Assembly: GCF_964204645.1 (NCBI RefSeq)
Contig: NC_134026.1
Location: forward strand, 28,058,150 to 28,122,149
Length of the DNA: 64,000 nucleotides
Direction of reading: 5' to 3'
Source: Tubulanus polymorphus
Taxonomy: Eukaryota; Animalia; Nemertea
The notes under the pieces were generated by a model that worked only from the letters and a program-made list of their open reading frames with translations, did no database searches and was not told the origin of the DNA. Positions 1 to 12,187 of this stretch are shown piece by piece (position 1 is the stretch's first letter; the number at the start of each line of letters is the position of its first letter). A program made the translations under genes and the position numbers.

Positions 1-3000
1 GCTTCACCGAAGCTCCTGAATGAACGAAATATATGGTGACGTCATCCATATCATGAATAGCAAGAAAGGGCTAGACAATAAAAAATCTTTGCCTTTGAAA
101 TTCCAGAACGCTTAGTGATTGATTTCCAAAAAAACCTAAATACTGAAATGCTATTCGAATATAGGCCTACTAGTATACGTGCATATACATTTTCCTTTGA
201 GTTTAACAGACTTCCTCCACCTTCACAAAGATTCCCCACGAAACAACATGCATGTAGGTCCCCCAACTTCTGTCAGATGATATCTAGCCCAGTCTGATGC
301 AGTAATCTACCTTCAAAAGTTAATTCTACGTGTTGGCCTTGGCTGGGGAAACAAGGTACTATATCAAATAGACCTAAAAATTCTTCGTTCAGCTGAAGAT
401 CGTAGTTGAAGTCATAGAAATTATAAACATCTTCTTTCAGAGGCTGAAAAGAAAACAATCGTTTGAATCTGAGAATAAGAACTGTTTCTTTTGAATACGA
501 GGTTTCGCTCGACTTACCTCAGAATCAGCAATACCATCAATTGTCAGACGTAACTGAACAGGAATAGCTTTCGTTTTATCGACCCCCGTATTCTGAAACT
601 CTGTCCATTCAGTCTATGAAAGATATCATCGGTAATCTAGAGATATCAAGACGTATGCAATATCCAATATAAAAAGTAGACGTCTTGACATACGCATACT
701 TACATCTAGAAAAAATACTTCAAACTTTGCGTTGAATAATGAACCAAGAAGACTAAAATCATTTCTGTGTCCAGTGAACACATCGACTTTTACACCACGA
801 ACAATGTCCTTTAAAGTATTTTCATATTCGTGAATGATTTCATATAGTATTTATTCGAGTGGTGTTACTTTTATGTATTTCATTTCACTCATAGAATGAA
901 CAAAACTTTTACCTTTCCCCGATATGCGTATGTAGTGTTATCCAAGTAGAAAAGAGCTAAAGGACTTTTCATTCGATACAATTTAGCTGTATCATTAACT
1001 ACTGGACTCTGGGATTCGACCAAATCAAAGTGTGTGGCTGGAAGAGTGTCTATCTTACATTTACCAGTCGTTCGGTCTATCTTATAGGAAACACCTTTGA
1101 AATCAATTTTTGCATCTATCGTTATATTTTCCATGGCAAGTGGAATATACAAAAAAAACTCTATCTTGATCGCTTGCTTACCGACATTGAGGTCGTGGAT
1201 GGTTGTAATCAAATTTGAGTCAGACCCAGTTCCTCTTGAATCTGTTCGCAATAGTTTAGCATCGTTGTCATACCAAACCTATATCATTTTTCGAATACAA
1301 CTACAATTACGACTCAGTATGGGAATTTATTTTGCAGGGATTCACATTTATCACTTACATCACCGTATGAAACTGTTTTAGATTGTGCATCTATTATTTC
1401 CTCTCTGTACGAGTATTTGTTATGAAGTTGTGGTACAGGGACATGCGTCTCTCCCTCACATATTACGTCAGGAGGTACCTTAAAATATTGATGGAAACAT
1501 ATTCCCACTTTGTGTCTAGAAACTACATCTTCGAATGTATTCACAACTATATATCATGGTATGGATTTTTGGCAGCTAACATCGAAGGGTGTTGAGAAGT
1601 CTGCGTACACTTACCTCATAAATCATGTCGTTTTGTTTCGGATTCGTTTTGAACGATAAGTATTCATAGGTTTCTTGAAAATGTTGTGGTTTTCCATGTT
1701 TCATCACAATACCATTAACTTCGGCAGATATTGGTGCCATAACAGTTCGCTTTTGTCCCCAATACCATCCTGGCCCTAAAACCATGCTTTAGATCTTTTA
1801 ATCACATCGAGTGTATTTGCATCCTATAGATTATCATTACGCGAGACCTTTGCACATTTAAACTTACTGATGAAATAATAGTCAACAGTATAAATTGATT
1901 TTTTCTCCGGCGCATATAAACAAGCTTGCCACCTTTCTACTGGTATTCCTCTTTTTACGTCTTCACCAATATACCTCTGAAATGGCACCACCAGAAAGTG
2001 AGAACTATATCTATTGTCTTAAATAAAAATCACTGTTTGAAAAAGGGTTTCACGTATAGAATTGCACTGAAGTTTTACCTGCGGAGATTTCATGAATGTA
2101 TAGAATGTTGAGTCGGAATTAACTGGGATGTTCTCAGCCACGTGATTCCAACCTTTAGTAACGTTCATCGTGACACATTGGTTTTCGTCTGAAAATGTCA
2201 GCGAATATTCTATATCTACGAACAGCCTCACTTATACTTTGAGAATGTAGTAAGTTTTATACCTATGATGATGAAGACTTTATTTTTGTCAAAACGATAG
2301 ATGAAACTATTTGTTGATGTTTTTCGTATCATTTTAACAGCCGCTCTATCATTGAGTACGTCCAGATATTCAGCTACGCTGATAGTTAAATTCTCGTTAC
2401 GCAAGTTTATTTCGATGTTCGTTTCGAGTGTTTGTATTTTCTTGAAAAAATCTGGATCGACATCTAGAGAACAACGTTTTTCAAATTATTCAACATATTC
2501 AAGAAGGAGTCTTCGCTGTTAATGGGTGCGGATATTTTTTCAAATGTATTAAACTCACGGGATCCATTGGCAGGATAGTTTTCTGGATCGCATATTTGCT
2601 GTAAAGGATTTATCTCGCCCGCGCATAACATCGAAGATGGCACCTATAAAGACGAGAGCGAGAATACGAGAACATTGTTTTTTCTCGTAGTAGAAAATCA
2701 CAGCTATCCATATTCAAACCTCGTATATTTGTTGGTCCTGATCAATGTTAGTTTTAAAAGTGAAGTATTCGTAGCTGTCTTCATACGGTACCAAGTGTTG
2801 GTGTTTCTTTATTAGACCGTTTACAACGGCGCTGATTGGTATTGGTTCATTTTTGTAATATTTACCAACCCATCCTGGCCCTGAAAGGTATAAAGTTCGA
2901 TTATCCCAATTTAAAAAAAAATCTTCTCTTGACTGACATTCATAGTTAGCTTACTTACGCATGAAGAAGTAGTCAACCGTGTAATAAGTAGATGTCTTGT

Positions 3001-3865
3001 CATCTAATATACAGGCTTGCCATCCATCTACTGGAATACCTCGTTTTGTGGCTACCCCCAAATATCTCTGAACAGTTAGATTGAAAGAAGTTCAAATGGC
3101 TTTCAAGACAAAAAGTAGACACGCTAAGTGGTTTAAACGATTAACATACCAATGGAGATTTCCTGAAAGTTGGCAACGAAGCATCTGCGTGACCAGGAAG
3201 ATCTTCTACGACCTTACTCCAATCATAGGTTACATTATTTTCCACTGTGCAGTACGACTCATCTTACAAGTATATAATAGGTATGGGAGGTTAGATTATA
3301 TTTTTGATGATAAAAATCGCAGCTATTTTATTGAAACGAACTATATACCTATGATAATGTATTCTTTCTTCTTATCGGGTCGAATTATTAAGGTATTACT
3401 TGATCCCATCCGATTCTCTTTGAACACCATTTTGTTTGTATCAAAATCTATGAATTCCTGCAATCGAACTGTTATGTTTTCATAATTCATGTTCACTTCG
3501 ATGTCAGCTTCCAGAGTGTGGGATTTTGTGAAAAAATCCATCCCATTAATATCTACAAATATAAAGCGGTAGTTGTGAATACGTTCGAATGTATAGGCAG
3601 CCCTGGCGATGATTTTATGGTGGCAAGTGAAGTGACCTTCCTTGGTCGCTTTTGAACTTACCAGATCCTCTCGAATTGAAGTTCGCTGGGTCGCATGTTG
3701 AGACTACCTGGCCGGCGCATAGAAACACAACACCGATTGAAAACCACCACCAAAATCTTAAAATAATTTACCTAAATCATTGCTAGTTACTGTCTATTAT
3801 CTGGAATATTTACATATCTATCATTAACTTACGTACCTTACATAAGATGACTTAGGATGATACAT
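1..3865 (-). CDS. Secreted/cell-surface protein with tandem ependymin/LolA-like modules (paralogue A); 3' part runs off the left edge of the window
   Basis: ATG 3865, exon 3865-3837 spliced to ~3757-3662 gives signal peptide MYHPKSSYVRFWWWFSIGVVFLCAGQVVSTCDPANF. About 20 small GT-AG exons follow. Two homologous modules (LEADIEVN..RGIPVDGWQAC..YTVDYFF..PGW..PISAVVNG..YEYFTFKTN and LETNIEIN..RGIPVERWQAC..YTVDYYF..PGW..PISAEVNG..YEYLSFKTN), then a third module (VWYD..GVSYKIDRTTGKC..MKSPLALFYL..YNFYDFNYD..FDIVPCF). A further exon starts at 15 (ttcag|GAGCTTCG). Fold assignment is inference. Confidence 0.8.
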
Positions 3866-4343
3866 GGCGTTTGATCTATAATGATCATAAACCTATATAC
3901 AAACACATACTTAAGAGGTTTTAAGTTATATTTTATCAGTCAAATTTTTTTGATAATACCCAATTACTATGTCAAATGGGAACATACTATATTTTTGCTC
4001 GTTCCAGGCCAGAGTTCGCATTGTTATCTAAAAATGGGCACATTTTGATAGCATTTCTTATTTCTTTTTAGGTCAATTCCGAATTCCAGTTATGCATGTG
4101 GCCAAACCCTTTCAATATTTTCACGTTTTTCTAGAAAACTTTTATAGACGAACCCGCTGTATTACGATTCTCGTCGTTGTGGATTTCCTGGAATCTCGGC
4201 AGGACTTTCGTTGCTCCAAGAACTGACTTGTCGTTTCCACTCATTAAGATAAAAGAAAAGAAATAAATCGTAGACCTTGGATTTTCATCAACTTTATTTC
4301 TAAACCTGATACAAAAAGATTTGTACAAATAACCATGCGATCA

Positions 4344-7300
4344 TCACAGTGCTCCTGATATAGCATTGCCGTCAAAACTAATAATTCCAGTTGTTGAGGT
4401 GGTTCTTCCCTTCGGGTCTGCGTAACGCGTGAACAGGAAAAATGCAAATAAACCACAAAGAACTCCGGATAAAAGCATCGAAATAGCAATTCCAATCACC
4501 AACGCTGAAATCAAAGTTGTGTACAACGTGACATCAACTATATGAAATTCGAAATTTCGAAAGCCATCAAGTTTTATACAGAGTTTCAATTCACCTGTTG
4601 AGTGACCTTTATGGATAACAGTATTCCTTATTTTGGAGGGATCAGGGGTATAAGATGAGGCATCTGGGAAATATTTCCCTGAAATAAAGATTATTGGTAT
4701 TGTCAGATATATATACCAACGGAAGAATTATGATCGGTTATTCCTCATTTTCTGCGTTCCAATTTCATACTAACTTTTGTAGATTTTACATTTCGCAGAT
4801 TCGGTACCAATAAAATCGCCGGAACCGATCAGATTGGGGCCTTTAAAGAAACACACATCATCGGAGAAAGAGAATCCTGTACAAGTTACGTTCAACATTT
4901 CAATGCATAGTTTAGCGCATTCCTGTATTTTGATGTCTTGGACAACTAGTCCATCTGTTAAACTAACTGTGTCTATATGCGAATATTCGAAATCATCAAA
5001 ATAGTTCCCTGTTGAATAAAATCATTATGTATGTATAATTAATTAAAAGGTTCAGTAAGGTAAGTGCGGGTTTATTTCGACTATGGGGTTTGGCACTACT
5101 TAATCATCTTACTTGAGTAATGATTACAAATCGCTACGCTTTCTATATCTTTATTTGGCACATCGAGGATATGTTTCTTGCCCAGTAAACATTTAGTCGT
5201 TTCTCCGAATTTACAGAAATCGAATGACTTGCAGTTAAAATCGTCGTACGTGAGACATTCCTTAGCGCAGCCTTGTTCTGAGTTAACCTGTGTCTTAACG
5301 ACCCAGTCGTCTTTCATCACAACTGTTTTACCGGGAGATTTCTCAAATCGTCCAACGAAGTTTCCTACGGAGATAATGAATAACTTGAGTTCACGACCAT
5401 CTCAAAGATTTGGTTAATCAGCCGCAAATTACTCACTTGCAAATAAATCACACGCGGTGTTAACTCCAGTATAGTTTGCGGGAACTAAATCAGGGTGATA
5501 CGTGCTTAACAAACATTTGCCTTTCGCTGGACAAAACGTAAACGCCTGACAGTAGAATGATTTTTGATTTAAACAAGCAGTAGCGCATTCATCAGGGGCG
5601 CTGATGCCAGGATACGAGTAACTCGTCGTGATCTGTTTCCCAGATCGACGTTCAAACATTTCGATATCCATAACTCCTGAAATTAGATTGGGAAACATTT
5701 CATTCCGAGATGACAAATTTAGTTCGGAGTGAAAAAGGTTTAGCATTATTTACCTGTGGATGCTCCTTCTTTGCGAATTATTTCATCATTTATTTCAATG
5801 GCAATGTATTCTCTAGTCTTTGTTATCAGGGATGATAGATATGAATAGGAAAATAGAGAGAGAATATGCTCAGACTAATCAGTGAGAAAAACAGATAAAC
5901 GTGATAAATCAAATCTATACCATGAAATCACCTGAAGCAGGTAAACTTACAGCTGATTTTCCTAATGGTACGGTGAGTTTAAAACCTCCAGCATAAGTCA
6001 CAATTCTTAGCTGACGATAAGCCTCGTCCAAGTTTATTTCTGGAGGAAGTTCAACGTGTACAGGTCCTGAAAAAGGAATATAGGAAGCTATAGAATCATG
6101 ATTGGTCAACGTATTAGAATGATATCAGTTGCATGACTCACTTGATCCCGATGTGCATCCTGTATGCACTTCTACGGACTGGAAACCGTCGTGCCTCTTG
6201 CTCAAATAACAAGTCGATTCAATTGGACACCAGTCATACGACTGACAGTAGCCTTTACCAATACAGGCCTCAGCACAACGACGTTCAGTCGTTAAATCTT
6301 TCAATACTGCGTCCTGACCTACACGGCCATCTTTGATATATCTCCGAAATTGCGCTTGAAATAAGAACGTATTGAAGAAATATAACACAGGTAGTTTCAA
6401 GTTTTCAATAGGCTAAAAATTATTAAAATGGACGCATACCATGGGCTGGGGCTTTAGGTAATAATGTCGCAGTGACGTATATAAGATGAACATCAGTATT
6501 CGGTTTTTTCCAGTAGTCAAATTTCAAGTTTTCAATTCGTAGGGGTGACATATTCCCGACCAACATAATCATTTCCAACGACTCTTGAAGGAATTCTTTC
6601 TTATTTGTAAGGAGATCGTTATCTACTTTCCCTGGAACGAGAACAAAATTCACATATTGTGGATTCGTCCGATGATAGTCAAAAAATAAAAACTACCAAA
6701 GTTACTGAAATCATAATTGCAACCTGTAAATGTTAACTCAATATGCTTTTTCTTTGATTCTGGAAAACACGGCTCAATATCAAAAACGCTCATTGGTTCT
6801 TCGTCGAAATCGAAATCGTAAAAGTTGAACGTAACTGACTTTATTGGCTGAAAAAGAAATTAGACAAGGTTTGCAGATATCAAAATGATAAGATGACTGT
6901 CTAATGAGTGCAACGTCTGTAAGTATGTCCAAAATGGGCCCAAAGACCTATAGACACGAACAAATAGTTATTACCTTTCCATCAATGTACGGTTCCAGTT
7001 TAAGATTCATTTGTATTGGTACAGATTTTGAGACAGTATTACCAGCATTTTCAATCTCTACCCATCCTTCCTGCAATAAACATTCCATCGCGTCATAAAC
7101 TATTAGTCGACTCAAAAATATTAAGATTTTCTGGATGGGTTGAAGTTTCGTATCGCATAATAACTTACAGAAAGGAAATACGCTTCAAATGTTGCATTGA
7201 ATTTTACATCTGGTAATAGATCTACTACATAATCTGAGCGATGTCCAATAAATACTTTTACAGGTAACCCACGCACAGTATCCTGAAACACATCGTAATC

Positions 7301-9277
7301 TTATAAAGAATGCCTCGCGATCAGTACAAAGAATTGCGTCGAAAAACTTTCATTAACCTAACCTGACCGCGATAATAATACGTGTTATTATTCAAATAAA
7401 AGAATTCTAGTGGATTTCTCATTCTTGATATGACAGCCGTGTCCCCAGCTACTGGACTATTTGTCTGTACCAAATCAATATATGATTCAGGGATAGTAGT
7501 TACTGTACAGTTGTCAAGACTTCTATCAATATAATATGCAACTCCTGAAAATTGAAAAAAAAAACATTTAGACATTATTCCTAGAATTCGAAATTGAAGA
7601 TGCCAATAAATATCATTACGTACCGTAGTTGAGATCATGAATTATCGAGATAGGGTCAGTTGTGAACAGTGGTTCAACAGGTACGGGGTATCTTATATCT
7701 GTACGGACCAATTTATACTCATTATCATACCAGATCTAAACAATCAGAATAACGATAGTTTATTATCTAAATCAAAATTTTCTCAAATTCTAAAAACGTA
7801 TGTATTTTTATATATACGATGATATGGTTTGAACGTACATCAGTATAGAAAATTTGTTGAGTTACATCCTGTATTGTTTCGACTCTATATGAATATTTGC
7901 TCGGTAATTCTGGTAACTTCTCGTGATTTACTTCATCCGAACATATTAAATTCTCTGGAACCTAATAGAAGATCAGTATGATTACTACGATTACGATTGA
8001 AAGCGATTCGATAAAAATATAAAGGTTTTATTAGATTTTACAACGACCTGAAATATTCGTGGATCGGGAGGAACATTTGTTTGGAATGAGAAAATGTCAT
8101 ATTTTTCGTCAAAGTTTATCGACTTTCCGTGGCTTGTGACAACGCCTTTAACTTCTGCCGCAATTGGTATAGGTTGATCTTTATAATCAAGTCCTGTCCA
8201 TCCAGACTCTACAAAACATTTGCGGATTTTATGAAACTCAACATTTTATCATTCACATTTATGACACAATTCGATCAATGATTGACATGTACTCATAAAG
8301 AAATAATCCAAAGTGTAAGAAGATTTCCTTTCCGGGGAATAGTTACATGTCTGCCATCTTTCTACAGGGATACCACGCCTGGTATCGAGACCCATGTACT
8401 TCTACAAATTGACAAACGAAAACGAAATATGGCCACAGATGGTCGGTTTGATGAAAATAATAGAGAAAATGGTAGGAGGTACAGATTATTTTGTGGATTA
8501 CCTGCGGAGTACTCAAGAAGTTGGCAATAGAAGGGTCGGCATTACCAGGAAAATATTCGGACACTTGTCTCCATGGTGTGACATCTGCTTTCATTTTTTG
8601 GGCGCCGCATACAGCTTCATCTTAATTGTAAAACGAATAAAACATCAACAAAATCTGTATTCTAGCTCCTTCTTAATTGTTCATTACGATTATCTTTCGA
8701 ATTAATCGCGACAGCCACGTTACAAAAATCACAAATTACACGTACCAACAATGATAAACATTTGGAGATTTCTGAGGTCGAAAATGAAGTGATTTGATGA
8801 ACCTTTTCGGTACATTTTGAGCGTGGCTTTATCTAGGTCCATGTCCACGTATTCTTCTATATCGGCCGTGTATTTTTCACCGGCGACATTCATCTCCATT
8901 TTCAACTGGTAAGCACCAAGACTCTTATAGAAATTGAGAATTCGAGCTACAAACACAAATTGATAACCGTGGTTTTACAGGATGAGTACTTAAACGATTT
9001 TGGAAATATCTGTCGTAATATATTTTCGATTATAGTATAAGTAATATGTATTACCGCTATCAGTTGTGTTTGGATAGTTGCTCATATCACAGAATTTATC
9101 ACCATAGCAAGACACAATTGTTGCAGCCAACACACACAATCTAAAATGAGAAATGATTCCTGACAAACAAAACGTTTGAATTGACGAAAAGAATTTAATT
9201 ACTAGAAGTATATAAATCTGTCAAAATCCATGCGTTTTATGTAATATAAGTATATACCTCAAAATGAAATTCTCCAT
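4344..9277 (-). CDS. Type I membrane protein: signal peptide, two ependymin/LolA-like modules, SEA-like segment, four PAN/apple domains, TM helix, short tail (paralogue B)
   Basis: ATG 9277 (MENFILR|LCVLAATIVSCYGDKFCDMSNYP). Exons are homologous to paralogue A (GVAYYIDRSLDNC..MRNPLEFFYL). PAN-type CxxxC..CxSF/YxxC..C patterns occur in exons ~6136-6357, 5437-5677, 5113-5366 and 4774-5008. TM LISALVIGIAISMLLSGVLCGLFAFFLF at ~4430-4515; stop TGA 4344-4346. Confidence 0.85.
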
Positions 9278-12187
9278 ATTTCTAGAGAACGGTCCACTTC
9301 TAAACGTGCTCAGTGAAGTTACATTGATAGGCCTATATGTACGCCAAATACACTGACCGTTCGTGTAGGCTTATCTCGACATGTTAACGGGACCCATTTT
9401 ACGACGATTGGTTATCAGTGGACTTCGTTTCTTAGGTGTATATCTAACGGTGGTCATTTTCCCGCTATCTTTATTTGATAATCGGGTCATGATTTCACTA
9501 ACGTTAGTTTTGAAAAAACAGTCTTCGAGTTTTCTCGGCCGTTCATTCAGGGAAACACTTTTAGCTATTCGAATGTTAAATCATTTTAAATAAACAACAT
9601 AAACATTCAAAGTTCATTTCTTTTCCGTTCTCAATGCAGTGATCACAGCTATTATGAATTATAGATTCGAATCATCTGGCGCACTACTCGCATGCCTCAC
9701 TACTAACAACTCTCCATTAATAACTAGGATTTTAATTAAGATGATTTTATTTACACTCCAACCAGGACTAATATACAATATTTACAATCAAGTGAAATAT
9801 AGTTATTTATTTATTCATTTATCTATTTATTTATCTATTTTACACTCAAACCCATTACAGGTGTTAGAGGGACAATATAACTTTTACCCTCAAGTGCTGC
9901 CCCTAAAGATATCGTTGACGGTGGATAGGTGAACTAATATGTTACTCGTCAGCCGCAGTATGATCTGAAACTTGCACTCGGGACCAACGTTATTTCCGCG
10001 ACCGTGATTTGGTGATACCATGAAATAAACCGCATTTTATGCTTACCCTCATTCAGTGCTTCCATCTATTGAGTAAGCCTGTAACTGATGTACTTCGCGA
10101 AAAGTTTGCTAAAATAAATCGCCGGCTGTGTTTATTGTTTTAAATACGAATTAACTGAGCCAGTAATACCTGTCGTAAGTAAATTATTTAATTATCGTAA
10201 ATCTGCTCGATTCGAAGATAATGTGCATGCAATTTGCGAACACTTAATTGATTGGATAAATTAGAAATTCTTTAGTTAGTAAGCCAGTGACCAGTGTGAA
10301 AGTGTCGAGAAACACAAATCGTGCAAATCGGTTTGATTTACTTTTATTGGTGTTTTAAGCTATGAAGTGTTGAATGAAATTATCATTGTTCATAGGCCCT
10401 ACCCATAGACGTCATGGTCACCTTGGTCATGGAAGTAAAAAAGGAGGCTAAAAAAGAAATGTTAAGTTAAATGTTGGTTTGCGAATTCAAGTTTTAGTCT
10501 GAATACAGTTTTTTCGTGCTCGATTTAATTACACCGGAGACTGGCTTTGATTATTTCAGCTACGTTAGACAGTAAACAATGATATAGCATAAAACTAGAT
10601 GGATCCAACCAACTATTGCACCCAACCCCCTCCAAAGTCTTTAGGTTGATAATTTCAGTTTTCTTAGATCTTGTAGGTAAAGTAGGAATGACAATTCGTT
10701 TACGATTTGAAAGACATCCTGTGGTTTCATACATGACACCGTTTTAATGTAATCATTTCCAGGGGATAAAATTATGGTCTTTAATATTATGAAAAAGGAA
10801 GATAAAGAAGATATTTAACGGAACCACATGCTTTCATTCCATCACCTGCTCATGATGCGCCTCACTGTTCCTGAAAACAAAGCCAGCAATAAAACTGGTC
10901 GGCATATGGTGCATCACTGCTAGGACGTCACTTAGACCTCTTTGTACTAAAATTGATGTACAATTTACTTTCCTTTGTTAGTTTGATTACAGTAAAGTAT
11001 TCAAATTTGTCCATGCATGTTTTCATAACTGAAGGATAGCAGCCTATTGATCGTACTTTAAAAAGGAATTTAGAAAACTGATATTTCTGCTGCTCTGCGA
11101 GTTTACGAATATGCTCATTTTGTATTGATAGCGCTCAAATATTTCCGAAGTGTGCACACATTGTTAAATACTAGTTTTTCATGCTATAAACGTTATATTA
11201 CGATAATCATTGAAAGCTAGCTCGACCTCGGCCATTCTCATTTCTCTACAGACAATGGGTGACAGGAAATGTATTTTCATTGTATAACACACAAAAGGCT
11301 TGAACTACCTCTGAACTCAAATAGTGTGTAAATATAATTCCATTTTACAGAAGAAAGTCAGTTCACAGTCAAATAAACGAACGAATTTAGTTTTTTTCTG
11401 GGCTTGAATAGGCATATTTTGTTGTGAATCGCTCTTGTGTCTTGGTGGGAAGAAGTAATGCAAATTTTCTTATCTAATCTGTCAACATGTCTGTCTATGT
11501 CTGAGTGACATCATCGCAAATAATAAAATCATTGATAATGTTTAAAGGCAACCTGGGAATTTAGAGAAGGGTTTCATTACTATGTTCTCATTCGAATCAT
11601 AGGTAATTACTGATTTTAATTAACATATAGATGTAAGAATGGGGTTTTATGTCTGGTTGATTACTACTTCTATTTGTTTTTATGTGAATTCGGAGCTTTG
11701 CCTGTGGTTATTTAAGTGACAGTAAATACCCAGCTAACGAAGTTTTACCAATTAATCCGGTTTAGAGATTAATATGAATGGCACTCTTTCATTGGTCTGT
11801 GACAAGTTCTCTATAATGCCATTACTGAATGTGCTTTTAAATGCATTCAACATGTCACGCACACATATTAATTTCTGTGAATGGTCTGACAGGGGGTACC
11901 ACTTTCTCCCAGTTGGTTGAGGCGCTTTCATTTATTGTTTTCTATAGAAATGACATTAGGTGGGTGGCAAAGTGCTAAATTATATTTGCGGATGTTTCAT
12001 TAATTAGGACTGGCAGACAGTTCATCAACTGCCTCCTGCGATTCTGTTCAAAGTACATCTGGTGAATTTATGCACGTGTTGTGATTTATGTCCTGCTATC
12101 TGTTACATAATATTCGATCATTTATGACATTAATTTGTTATCTCGATATTTTGTAGGTTTGATGGCGGCTTTGTCGGACTTTTAAAG

